Below are positions 52,106 to 64,000 of a stretch of 64,000 nucleotides of DNA, one piece after another. Positions within the stretch are counted from its first letter, which is position 1. Every line of letters begins with the position of its first letter. Source of the stretch: Rhynchobatus australiae. Lineage: Eukaryota. Under the pieces are notes generated by a model, which saw only the letters and a list, made by a program, of their open reading frames with translations, was not told where the DNA came from and did no database searches. Where the stretch lies: the NCBI GenBank assembly GCA_034780895.1, contig JAUZTB010000066.1:14427154-14491153 (forward strand), given 5' to 3'. The position numbers were made by a program, and so were the translations under genes.

Positions 52106-53199
52106 AAAAGAAATGTTGATAATTCCTTTCCTCCTGCAGACACTGCTCAGCCACTGAGTTCTTCCAGCAGATTGTTTGTTTCTTAACAGTTTGTTGTCCT
52201 TCAAGTTCACTTCATCCAGATCATTTCTATTTTGTCAGCCATCAAAGTGTGGGATTGAGTATTATGTCACTCGGTGCTTGACAAATAAACAGCTTCCATC
52301 TGTAATTCACTGAGCTCAATATAAGATTTTGCTGGATATCCAACAACCTTTGGAAAGACTTAAATGTGAATTGCAATTAAAAACATCAGAAGTCCTGCAC
52401 TAAATGCACTGAAAATACAGGAAGTGTTTATATGTGCCTTGCTGACCTGGAGCCTCCTGATGCTCAGCACAACATGGGCAGCGAGTTACAGAGGTTAACC
52501 CTGAAAATCATATAAGCCAGGCAGACTAGCAGTAGAGCTGCTATCGATTACACACCAAAAAGCTAATGCCTATCGGAGACTCTGATGGAAAATCTACTAG
52601 CAATAAAGCATGGAATTAAGTATTGCATGAATTAAATTCAGTTTTACGTTCCCTTCATAATGCTCTAACCACTGATCCTGACAAGGATCTTTGACTGAAG
52701 CAATGTGTCACTTACATTTCCTATTACCGTGGTCCTCATGGTGATATTTTGGGTAAATGTAAGATCCATTGAATGTCAATAAGAAGAATTTCAGCAGCTT
52801 GGACTGGATCAAGCCAGAAGTCACTGGATTGAGAGGATCCANNNNNNNNNNAACTGAAGCACCCTGTGTTTTTATGTTGGGATCTATAATACATAAAGCT
52901 GAAGATTTGCACTTACATTGTCATTTAATTAACTATGTTTAGAATAAAAGGTATTGGTATTGGTTTATTATTGTCATTTGTACCAAGGTACAGTGAAAGG
53001 CTTGTCTTAGGAAGGAAATAGAACCAAGTGCATAGATGTTTCACGAGGCCAGAAGAGGTACAATGAGCAAATTGATGACAACTTGTATAGGTATAAATTT
53101 TGCAGTCAGGATTTCTCAATGTTCTCTTCCCTGGTTTTGATCTATACACCAGGAACAGTAATAGGATGTCAACTCATTTAGTCCATTCCTGCTCTCCAC

Positions 53200-53620
53200 C
53201 AAGAAAAACACAATCCAGTTAATTCTAATCCCTGGCTCTTTCCCCATAGCTCTGTAATTTTGTTTTCTCCCTCAAAAGCAGGTTAGACAGTGATTTACAT
53301 ATCATGTCCAAAGACTGCATGAAATTGTTTCTCCACATGTTATTCATGGCTCTTTCACCAGTCACCTTAAATCTGTTTCTCCTGGTTCCCAGCCCTTCTG
53401 CCAATAGAAGCATTTTCTCTCTATTCACTTTGTTTAAGCCCCTGATGATATTGAACATCTCTATCAACTTCCCACTCAATCTTCTCTGCTCGCTACAGAA
53501 CCCTAGCTTTTTCAGCCACATGATGTTCCTTTTGTCTGGAATCATCCTTTAAGTTCTTTTGTGTGCCCTTTCTGGGGCCTTCAGTGCCTTCCTATAGTGT
53601 AGTGACAAGAGCTGGGCACA
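53200..53620 (-). mobile_element. CR1 LINE 3' fragment
   Basis: Minus strand LKKLGFCSEQRRLSGKLIEMFNIIRG. Confidence 0.75.
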
Positions 53621-53894
53621 GGCTGATCATACCCCCTTGGTTAGCTGCTCTCTGCCTCTGTGGTAACAGTGCAATCTGGGTTATTGGGGCAAAGTTAAGG
53701 AATGCATTGGAACTTTTTAGGTAGCAATTACAAGTAAAAGATTTATTGTTATATAATTCTCTTAATTTGCATATCTACTTAATGGTTCTGTAGATTTTGC
53801 ATTAAGATCATAACTACAGTGTGTTCTGGATAAGTAGGTTGAAAAAAATACTGCTTAGCAAAGAGATTGAATTTCTTCCCTTGTCTTTGTACAG

Positions 53895-54109
53895 ATTTGA
53901 CAACCGTTATATTAGATCTCCAGGCCCATAGTCTTTATCTGAATACAAGTCCCTTTAAAACAAATTTCATAGACAGTTGTCAATTTGTTCAGCTGATGGA
54001 AATATTTGTGGGAAATGCTACTCAGCCGTCACCTAAAGAAAACCTGATAAACTTTATAAAGGAGAACTACAAAGAGACCAAAGAGGAAAAATTAGAAAAC
54101 TTAGCTCAG
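53895..54109 (+). CDS. EFCAB5: EFCAB5 exon G (DLTTVILDLQAH...QFVQLMEIFVG...YKETKEEKLENLAQ)
   Basis: Acceptor TTTGTACAG, donor GTAAAT; 215 nt, phase 1 to 0. QFVQLMEIFVG and YKETKEEK match recalled QFVQLLETFVG and YVETEQEK. Confidence 0.9.
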
Positions 54110-54264
54110 GTAAATCATACAAATTCTTCCTGATTCTGCCTCTAGCAATATTGATGTAACACTGAATTTAACTTGAATATGTGAATAAACATCTGCTACC
54201 TCTCACCTCTCCCATCAATTTCTTGAACTTCAAAATTAATGTTTTATTTTATTTTCCTTACAAC

Positions 54265-54570
54265 ATACGAGGTCCATCTAGTCTATGCCACCTCACAAAG
54301 CAATCCCATTCCATCACCGATTTTCTCTACATTCCCATCAATTCCCCTTCCCTCCCAAGGTTCTACCACTCACCTACACACTAGGAGAAAGTTATAATCG
54401 CCAACCCACATGACATGGGAGAAAACCAGATTTCCTGGGGGAAACCCATGCAGTCACGGGCAGAATGTGCCAACTCCACACACACAACCAGACAACATCA
54501 AGGGTCAGAATTGAACCCAAGTTTCTAGAAGTGTGAGCCAGCAGCTATACTAGATGAACCACTGTGCTCA
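54265..54570 (-). mobile_element. Old V-SINE
   Basis: GGAAACCCATGCAGTCACGGGCAGAATGTGCCAACTCCACAC is the reverse V-domain. Confidence 0.65.
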
Positions 54571-55211
54571 TCAGCTATTCTCTTTCAGGTATTGTCTCCT
54601 TTATATCCAAATTATTTCCATCGCTCATCAGATTGCCCATAGGTTTGTTGATGATCTCGCTTCATTTTCCTCTAGTAGTCTCCCACACTACCTTTTACAC
54701 CGCTATTTCAAGTGTTTCACTCTCTGTGATTGCTATGGGAAAATGCACATCTTGGATGAGGACAGAATCCAGTGTTGTTCCACTGTCAGATAGTATGCTG
54801 ACACTGGCTGCAGTTCCATATAAAGGATAGGCACATGGATAAGGTACTACAGAGTGGCTTTTATCAGTGAAATTGTATCTCAGAAAGAGTGTAGAGGGAA
54901 GGGAGTTGTTCAGTGCATAGATACAGAAATACAAAATGCTCAGAAACACATATATGTTTTCTCTTAAACGAGGAATGTAATCAAGTCTTACAGTTGAAAT
55001 AAAAAATGGAAGTGAATCAGGCTTTGTTCATTATGATATTCCTAGGCCGCAGTGATTGAATGCAGCCTGGTGTCCAATAGACTGGAAGTAAAATAGTCAC
55101 AAGGTGTTTCTCCAAATCAAAGACAGCAGTCCCAGTTGCTTGCATTATCACTTACAGCAACATTTACCCTTTGTAATTGTTTGCACATTTTCACTCCTCA
55201 TACCACACAGG

Positions 55212-55362
55212 AGACAGAAGAGAGACAGCAGATGCTGGAAATCTGGAGCAACACACAAAAGTGCTGGAGGAACTCAACGGTCAGATAGCATCTATGGAGG
55301 GAAATGGACAGTCGAGGTTTCGGGTCGAGACCCACTGAGTTCCTCCAGCATTTTGTGTGTTA
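55212..55362. repeat. Inverted PLE termini with internal deletion
   Basis: AACACACAAAAGTGCTGGAGGAACTCA pairs with TGAGTTCCTCCAGCATTTTGTGTGTT; the arms join at GACCC. Confidence 0.7.
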
Positions 55363-55914
55363 CACAGGAGACATCTCACTTATCTCTGCTGTTGCCCATA
55401 ACAATTTTAGTTCCGTCTTTGGAGGTGTTTTATTAGGTTTAGTTCACAAACATTTATTACAAGTAAAAAGCCCATTGGTGAAAGCCAAACATGACTGAAC
55501 ACTGTTGAATTCTGTTCCATTCATAATATGTGAAGAGGATAACAATCCATTTATTGGAAGTCACTCTTGTGTGTAATTTGTTTCATAGACCCTTAAATAT
55601 TTTGTTATTTAAGCCTTAGTTTGAAGTTCTTAGTTACTTCAACTTTTGCCTTTGGCGATCATTATTCATGCAACCCTGCATCAGAACATGTCCAACCATC
55701 AGCTCACACATCCTAATACGGCCCATATGACACCTAGGTTTGGTCCTGTGCAATCCAGCCACGAAGCCCCAGTAACCTGGTTCTGTTCTTGTTCAGGTTT
55801 CCGGTTCGTATGTGGTGCTGTTGTCAGTTTATAAACCTGAGGGTTGGGATGGCGTTGCTTCATGGGTGAATCAATGCAATGTGAGAACATGAATTTATGT
55901 GAGACAGGTGCTAT

Positions 55915-56335
55915 AAGGAGAGGCTGGACAAACTAGGGTTGTTTTCTCTGGAGTGGCAGAGGCTGAGGGGAGACCTGATAGAAGTTTAGAAAATGATGCG
56001 AGGCATGGATAGAGTAGACAGCCAGTATCTTTCTCCCAGGGTTGAAATGTCTAATACTAGGGGGAATGCATTTAAGGTGAGAGGGGGTAAATTCAAAGGA
56101 GATGTGCAGGGCAAGTTTTTTACACAGAGAGTGTTGGGTGTGTAAAATGCGCTGCAAGGGGTCGTAGTGGAGGCAATATGACAGAGGTGTTTAAAAGGCT
56201 CTTGGTAGGCACGTGGATGTGTAGAGAATGGAGGGATATGGACATTGTGTGGGCAGAAGGGATTTGTTTAGTTGGGAGTTTAATTGCTAGTTTAATTAGT
56301 TCGCCCTGTTCCTGTGTTGTACTGTTCTATGTTCC
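55915..56335 (+). mobile_element. CR1/HER1 LINE 3' end
   Basis: RLDKLGLFSLEWQRLRGDLIEV; TGTTCTATGTTC tail. Confidence 0.85.
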
Positions 56336-56619
56336 GATTAAATGTTTATTTATCTACAGGTTATATTTTACATTCACATGGGAGCCATTGATTATGATTC
56401 ATATATAGCTCTAGGTATGCACCTAATTGAATATAATGGCAAAATATCCTGGCCAAGGCTCATAAAATGCACAGGCCCTCTGGTGTGCTCCTGCTGGAAA
56501 GCTTTCAGACATGCATTGGAAATAGTTTAGGATCAATCAAAGAAATTTACAACACAGTAGGAGGTTTTTAGCCCATCCTGCTCATGAGAGCCAAGAGAAA
56601 GACTTTGTGATTCAATCAG

Positions 56620-56957
56620 GGGTGGCACAGAGACACAGCTGGGAGAGCAGCTGCCTCACATCTCCAGTGAGGATCCTGACGTCCAGGGCTGTCTGTGTAA
56701 AGTTTGCACATTCTCCCTGTGACCACTTGGGTTTCCTCTGGGTGCTCCAGTTTCCTCCCACATCGCAGAGACATGTGGGTTAGAAGGTTAAGTAGCCACT
56801 TTAAAACTGTGGAGATGAATGATAGAATCTAGCCGAAGTTGTTGGAAATGTGGGGAGAACGCAATGGGATTAATGTAGGATTAACATAAATGGGTCGTTA
56901 ATGGTCCGTCTGGACTGAGTGGGTCAAAGGCCAGTTTCCATACCTAGTAACTCTATG
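56620..56957 (+). mobile_element. HE1-like V-SINE
   Basis: V-domain GGGTTTCCTCTGGGTGCTCCAGTTTCCTCCCAC; CR1-type tail. Confidence 0.75.
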
Positions 56958-57064
56958 AGAAAGCCATTTGGACTAATTATTTCTCAGCTCCTGGTCCACG
57001 GCCTCATAGATTCTGGTGTATCAATTGTTCTCCCAAGTATTGATGAAATATCAAGTGTTCTTCC

Positions 57065-58215
57065 AAATACCTGATGAAGGCAGGATGGTAGACGTGGTTA
57101 ACATGGACTTTAGTAAGGCTTTTGACAAGATCCCAGTTGGCAGGTAGGTCCAGAATATTAAGGCACAAGGGATCTGAGGTGTGTTGGCAAAGTGGAACCA
57201 AAAATGTCTGGGTGATAGGAGCCAGAGAACAGTGGTGGATGGATGTTTTCCTGACTGGAAATCTGTAACAAGTGGGATTGATGCTGGGACCTTTGTTGCT
57301 TGCAATACATATGGATAAGAATGTAAGGGGTATGATTAATACGTTTGCAGATAACATAAAAATTGGTAGTCAAAGATAGTGAAGAAGGTTTGTCTAAGGA
57401 TACAGTGGGACATAGATCAGCTGAAAAGTTAGGCAAAGTGGTGGCAGGTGAAATTTAATCCAGGCAAGTGTGAGGTAATTTTGGTAGGGCATATAGAGTA
57501 AATGGCAGGGACCTTAGAAGCACTGATACACAGAGACACATTGAGGTGCAAATCCATAGCTCCCTAAAAGTGGTGCCACAGGTGGAGAGGGTAGTGAAAA
57601 AGGCATTCGATATGCTTGCCTTCATAGGCTGAGGCATTGAGTATGAGAGCTGGGATTGTACAAAACATTAGTTAGACCACCCCTGGAGTATTGTGTACAG
57701 TTCTGGTCACCACACTGCAGGGAGGATGTGGTAGCAATATACAGAATGCAGAAATGATTCACCAGGATGTTGCCTGGAATGGAGGGCTGTATTTATAAGG
57801 AGAGATTGGATACACTGAGTTCATTCTCACTGGAACATATTAGGCTGACGGTGACCTTATATAATTATGAGGGGCATGGATAGAACGGATAATCGGAATC
57901 TTTTTCCCAAGACAGGAAAGTCTAGAACTAGATGGCGTGAAGTTTAAGGTGAGAGGGGAGAAATTTGAAGGAGATCAGAGGGGTAGGTTTTTCTCACAGA
58001 GGGCGGTGGATATCTGGAAAGAGCTGCCAGCGGAGGTAGTGGAAGCAGATAAAATCAGAGCACTTAACGGACAGCACCTGGACAGGTACTTGGATAGGAA
58101 AGGCATAGAGGAAAAATGGAGGGCTATGTGGGAGGAAAGGGTTAGATAGATCTTAGAGCAGCACAACATCTTGGGCCAAAGGGCCTGTACTGTGCTGTCA
58201 TGTTCTATGTTCTGT
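57065..58215 (+). mobile_element. CR1/HER1 LINE, 5'-truncated and frameshifted
   Basis: VDVVNMDFSKAFDKIP and FADNIKIG motifs; tail GGGCCAAAGGGCCTGTACTGTGCTG...TTCTATGTTCT. Confidence 0.88.
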
Positions 58216-58687
58216 GTTTACAGGCCTAAGGTAAGCAACATGGATGAACGTAGACAGGAATCATGGTCAGCATGGACACGATGGTTTGAAAGGGCCCATG
58301 TCTGGGCTGTATGATTCTACTTTCTGAATGTGATGAGACTTTCTGACTTTCAGGCAATAAGTTTCATTCCACCTTCTCCCTCTAATCCTGCTGCCTCAAA
58401 TCGATGCCACCTAGTTCTTGATCATTCTGCTGAGGGAAATGGATGCTTCCTACTCGCTCTACCCTCTCAAGGAATATTCAATATTCATCACAATCAAATC
58501 TCATCTTAGTCTCCTGTGATCCAAAACAACCGTGCTCGATTTATCTTTCATTGTAACTGGACCATTATGTAATGTGTTGGCTTTTGCTTCTGTTAAAACC
58601 CTGGAGATGGACGGCAGCGGAAAAGGCATTTTGTAGAAGGATTTCCCTTTCTTGAACTGCATCTTTAATGATTGGTTCTGTTTCCAG

Positions 58688-58844
58688 CTATATCATGAAG
58701 CCCTGAAAACGACGCATAAGATCATCCTGGATGCACTGTTTGAGAGATGGGATAATGATGTCTCAGGGTACATTGACCTAAGAGAGCTAGCTGAAGTCAT
58801 AAGCAAATACAAAGATGGAACGGAAAAGAAATCCTTAAAAAAAG
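58688..58844 (+). CDS. EFCAB5: EFCAB5 exon H with EF-hand (LYHEALK...LFERWDNDVSGYIDLRELAEVISKYKDGTEKKSLKK)
   Basis: Acceptor TTTCCAG, donor GTAGGA; 157 nt, phase 0 to 1. Canonical 12-residue loop DNDVSGYIDLRE; matches recalled FQKWDSDGSGFLDLKE...YKEGMEKESMKK. Confidence 0.92.
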
Positions 58845-58919
58845 GTAGGAGAAACTGCTTTGCCAAGTTATTTTATAATATTATGAGACATTAAACGAGA
58901 AAATAATTTATTTGTGTTG

Positions 58920-59483
58920 CAGTTGTACAATATGTCGGTGAGGCCGCATATGGAATATTGTGTTCAGTTTTGGTCACCCTGCTAGAGGAAAGATGCCATT
59001 AAGCTGGAAAGAGTGCAGAGATTTAAGAGGACGTTGCCGGGATTCGAGGGACTGAGTTATGGAGAGAGGTTGAGCAAGTTAGACTTTTTTCATTGGAGTG
59101 TAGGAGAATGAGGGGTGATCTTTTAGAGATGCATAAAATTATGAGGGACATAGATAGGGTGAATGCACACAGTCTTTTGGGGAATCAAGACCTAGAGGGC
59201 ATATGTTTAAATTGAATTGGGAGAGATTAAATAGGAACCTGAGGGGCAATGTTTTCACCCAGTCTGGTAGAGAGTGGTATGGAATGAGCTGCCAGAGGGA
59301 GTAGTTGAGGCAGGTTCATTAACAACATATAAAAGGTACTTGGACAGGTACATGGATAGGAAAGGTTTAGAGGGATATGGGCCAAACGCAGGCAAATGGG
59401 ACTAGCTTAGATGGGAATCTTGGTCGGCATGGACCAGTTGGGATGAAGGGCCTTTTTCTGTGCTGTATGACTCTATGACTCTA
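58920..59483 (+). mobile_element. CR1/HER1 LINE 3' end
   Basis: LVRPHMEYCVQFWSP-like coding remnant; ends GCTGTATGACTCTATGACTCT. Confidence 0.88.
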
Positions 59484-60004
59484 GCTATTTGTCTTTTCAT
59501 GTAAACTGCTAGCCAGCAGTTTCCACAGCCGTAGTACAAGCTGGGGTGAAAGTGAAACAAATCAAAAATTAAGCTGCTTTAGGTTAGATCCTGAAAGCCA
59601 GGCTATTAATTTATTTTCCATTTACTTTTCTCAGCGTACCTGGGCTACACTAGCCTCTGGACCTGGCTGGTTGAGGGTATCCAAGTCAAGGTCAAAGTTG
59701 AGTTTATTGTCATATGCACAAGCACATGTATGCACAAGTGCAATGAAAATTTTGCTTGTAGCAGCATCACAGGCACATAGCATCATATAAGCAGCATTCA
59801 CAAGAAAAAAAAGATAAATTAAACATAAATTATACACAATTTTTATAAGAAAAGGAACACAATTAGAACAAAAAAAAAGTTCATTTCAGTACAAAGTGGT
59901 CTAAGAGGTCACAGTGTTCCTAAACTGTAGTGAGGAAGTCTCACCTGAACTGACCTCCCTCCAGTTTCAATCCCTTCCAGTGAGAAGTATCTGGCCCGCT
60001 TTCT

Positions 60005-60285
60005 GTTAGTTGGCCTCAGGTGCTGCTGCCTCATCGGGCTAGAGCCCTACTTCAATCCTGACCGCAGGTGCTGTCTGTTTGAAGTTTGCATGTTCTCCCT
60101 GTGACTGTGTGGGATTCCTCTGGGNNNNNNNNNNNNNNNNNNNNNNNNNNNNNNNNNNNNNNNNNNNNNNNNTGAGAGGATCAAGTTGCATTAACATAGG
60201 ATTAGTGCAAATGGGTGACTGATAGCATGGAGTTGATGGGCTGAAGGGCCACTTACCGTGCTGTATCTTTCTATGATTCTATGAG
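60005..60285 (+). mobile_element. HE1-like V-SINE spanning a gap
   Basis: GTTTGCATGTTCTCCCTGTGACTGTGTGGG; tail GGGCTGAAGGGCC...TTCTATGATTCTATG. Confidence 0.7.
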
Positions 60286-60707
60286 ATTATGATCATTCAA
60301 CTCAAGCAATGTCAACGTGAAATCATACTGTATCACTTTATGCCTTCAGTTTGCTCACTATGGTGTCAAACTATTATTTTGGCCAATCTTCTCGTCCTTT
60401 GAAGGTAGTGATTTATTCTGGCATCACATCCACCTTTGATGGCAGCTCTGTCCTATCTCCCCAATGAGCCTATTCTTCATGTGTGAGTTGCTAGGCCTTC
60501 ACTGACATCAATTAATCTCTTCCAACAGAAGACATCAGATGAAGAACATGAATCCCAATATTCTTTTACAGTCCAGCACACAGGCACTGAATTTAATCAC
60601 AGTTTACGAGTGCCATTCCAAAGGGAGATTGGCTATCTCAACACAAAAGAGAACCACATCTTTCAATCTGTAGGCTGTGTTTCTATATTAAGCAGAGTAT
60701 CTATTTC

Positions 60708-60858
60708 AACACCATGATGCTGGAGGAACTCAACAGGCCAGGCAGCATCCGTGGAGAAAAGCAGGCGGTCGACGTTTGGGTCAGGACCCTTCTTCAGGAC
60801 TTCAGCACCAGAGATTTTTTCCATCTAGATTCCAGCATTTGCATCCTTTTTTCTCTAG
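60708..60858 (-). mobile_element. PLE terminus, same subfamily as 28157; hammerhead motif lacks the G of GAAA
   Basis: 60715-60800 is nearly identical to 28204-28290, followed by an inverted end. Confidence 0.75.
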
Positions 60859-63671
60859 TGTATCTATTTCTCTCTCTTATCATTTAGAATTGCCCTCCAC
60901 ATGACTTATTTCATATAGAGGGTACATTTTACAGGGTAAAACTCCCAGTTTTATTCAAGACAATTATGGGTTGAGGAATTCAGCATTGAGGTCAGGAGTC
61001 AAATTCACAATGCTTCCAAGTTTACAGTGAATGAAATCTCTTGAACCTCATAAATTGTACTCAGTGAATCTGCCCAACAGTTTCACAGTTACTGAGGTGT
61101 GTTTACTTGAATTGTACTGGTGTCAACATTGGCAGGGATTTGTGACATTAGAATGGACTCCAGTGCATGAAAATTTTACCTGACTAAAATCAGAATTGGT
61201 TGCAGCTTTACTTGTGATCGGAATTTGTTAAGCAGTGCATTTTGTGATTAAGTCACTCAAATTGTATTATTTGTATAATAACATCCTGGTTTTCCCACGA
61301 CTTTTCCTGCCCTCATGCCTTTCTCTTTACTGCATTCCAGTCAGATTGTGATGTTTGCAATTATCTAAAATTGTAAGTTCATATTTCAGGCTAAAGGTCT
61401 TATGATTTGAAATAAAAGGAGCAGAGGATGTGGCAACAGCAGGAGATTTATTGGTTGCAGCTGTTGATTTCAGTCATTTTTTACTGTGACAAGATTTTCA
61501 GTCCACTTTTTCTTTACAAGCGTGTGTTAGGTTGTCTCTCTCTCTCCCTGAAAACTTTGTGTATGTTTTAAGACAAGATTGAGCTGATTCATGCAATGCG
61601 TATATCATGATGAACCCTTTACCAATGGTTAGGGCTTGAGTGTCTGTGATGAGAGGGAGGTAGTGTTGAATATGGGGTAGAGTTAGGAAGACATCAGTGG
61701 ATGGGGTCCTGAGCTTGTGGGGTGGGAATCAGGGTCACTCCTGATGGGTTTGTGGGATCCTTCTTAGTAAATTATTTCAGGGGGATCATATTCATGGCGC
61801 AGATCTGGGATCTACTCAAGTGGGCCACCTAGAGGTTGACAGGAGCCTGCTTCACAAATGCAGTGCAAATGTGCTTGTGTGTTGCAGATGGCACTCAAAC
61901 ACCACTGAAGAAAATGCAACTGGAATCCAGTTCCTAGTTGCGCGCTAATGAACACAACTGTATATATCCAGGTCCTCGATGCATATTATATCAGATGCAT
62001 GTAGAGTGAGGTCCATGGGTTTACGTTGCTNNNNNNNNNNNNNNNNNNNNNNNNNNNNNNNNNNNNNNNNNNNNNNNNNNNNNNNNNNNNNNNNNNNNNN
62101 NNNNNNNNNNNNNNNNNNNNNNNNNNNNNNTGCTTCCTCTGGGAGCTGACCTATCAAAGAGAAATGACTCTAACTCAGCCTTGATTCCTCTAGATAATTG
62201 CATTACTATTCTCTTTTGGGAGCAAACATATCAAAGGCCAGCAACACATTGGAGCTTAACTGCTTAACAAATGTACCAACAGAACCATTTGAGCTAGGGG
62301 CTTCTTGCTTTGATCTCTTGTTAGCCACTCTTAGCCAGACTAACTTCAGCGCTCAAATATTAAAGAAAGGGAAACCGGATAAAGTTGCACTCCAGATTTC
62401 TATTCAATGACCTCCCTCCCCCACTTTCTCAACTCCCCTACAAGAAGTGTGCAAGTGTGGACAAATTCCACTCTTCTATTCTGGGAACGACTCAAATAAC
62501 AGATTATAATAAGAGGTTTGAATTAGCAAGTTTAGAGCAGGGGATCCAAGTGCACTAGTGTTGTAGGTAGACTTTGGAGAATCTTGCCTGTTGTATCATG
62601 TGCTTACTTGTTGTCCTTGCCTTACTACTAATGCGGAGGTCTAACTGAGAAAAGAAAATAGGCAGCCACTTTGAGAAACTTGTGCACCTCCTCCTGGGAA
62701 ATCTCAGAGCACCACTGCCCAAGTCCTTGACCATATTGAATAACACTTAGTATCTTGTGTCCAAGAAAATGGGATAACATGTTTATTTGTGTTTGAAAAG
62801 CAGTGCCTCACTATCAACATGAAAAGACCAAAATGCCTCCTTTGAAGATACTGGGAATTCTGTTCACTAAAAAACGATAAACATCCAGTTGTTTGAAGTT
62901 AAAAACTTTTCTGAGTAATATAGTTTGTGTCTGTGCTCTTTCACTGCCTTTAGTGTCTGCTGTACCACAGCAGACTGCCAGATGTCATCTGTTTGCTGGG
63001 AGGGAAGCAGATGGCCTTTGCTTTATGTCAGTCCCTGGTGGTTTCCAGAAATTCGAAATTGCTGTGAGAAATTGTGGACACCAGGGTTTTCTGAATGCAT
63101 TTGAAATCCAGCAGACTGTCAGGACTTTACTCAATTTCAGAGATTATGGTGAATGGGGATGTTGACTGTACATTCCTGTAATTGTTTTGTCACAGACTTT
63201 GAAATAATTTTGTTCCAGTCTGCTTTGTATTATGTAATGGCTGAAATTCCCAGACACTTTGTTTTGTCAGCTCTAAGGAAGTTTAAGTCAATAATGACCT
63301 TATCCTGAAATCCCAACAGATGGCATTGGTCTGTACGAGACAGTATCAGCTATATAGATTTTGCTATGATTATAAGCGAGCCTAACAGGACTCATGATTG
63401 ACCAGTAGCTTCTGCCATCCACAATTAAACCCTCAAGTTGCTGTCAAAGGTATACCTACCCACAACTGGCTGAGTTGCTGCTGTCCTTATTGATTGATTT
63501 ACTGGTGAGATGACTGAAACTATGTGGATTTGCTTTAATTATGTTCTAGTTCTGCACCAGGAACACATGGAATAATGAATTCAGAAGGGAGTGAGTTTAT
63601 AATGGGGTTATCCACTGGAAGGATAAGAGAACCAATGTCAATCTCCTCTCCCCTGTACTGAGGCTTTAGTT

Positions 63672-64000
63672 ACACCCACCACTAACGTGATCCAACCACC
63701 TGCTACACCTTCCCCTCCCCAGCCCTTTCCGCTTTCGGCAGGGATCACTCTCTCTGTGACACTCCGGTCCGCTCATCCCTCCCACTCCCCAGGCACTTTC
63801 CCCTTCATCCGTAGGAGTGTAACACCTGTCCCTACGCCTCCTCCCTCACCACCATCCAGGGCCCTAAACAGCACTTCCAAGTGAGGCAGACACTCACATG
63901 CATCTGCTGCAGCCTTGTTTATTGCATCCAGCACTCCTGATGTGGCCTCCTCTACGTCGGTGAGACCAGGTACAAACTAGGCGACTGCTTTGCCGAGCAC
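63672..64000 (+). mobile_element. PLE GIY-YIG endonuclease fragment, inactivated, running off the window
   Basis: TIQGPKQHFQVRQTLTC...LVYCIQHS*CGLLYVGETRYKLGDCFAEH. Confidence 0.85.

Noticed and set aside
58845-64000. Next EFCAB5 exon
   Set aside because: No open phase-1 exon with EFCAB5 similarity found; presumably beyond the window or in a gap.
1-64000. Prokaryotic systems (operons, CRISPR) or a nested antisense gene
   Set aside because: Spliced vertebrate gene with typical repeats; no spacer arrays, and the remaining short ORFs are repeat-derived or random.

Overview
Eukaryotic DNA from a gapped draft assembly; the repeats (HE1/V-SINEs, CR1/HER1-type LINEs, DeuSINE remnants) point to a shark or ray. 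One protein-coding gene is supported: eight internal + strand exons of an EFCAB5 orthologue (2817-58844). Their splice phases chain correctly, they include a canonical EF-hand loop, and one intron is about 36 kb. The rest is intronic and rich in decayed elements: CR1, Rex/Babar, L2 and RTE LINEs, SINEs, Penelope-like elements (PLEs), two solo LTRs and a Tigger-like DNA element. Best leads: (i) an in-frame TAA and displaced splice donor in one EFCAB5 exon beside an assembly gap; (ii) minimal hammerhead-ribozyme motifs in PLE ends, several as inverted repeats; (iii) one young SINE head carrying two different LINE-type tails. I found no convincing wholly new system. All assignments are by eye and from recalled family motifs, not searches; repeat boundaries are approximate.
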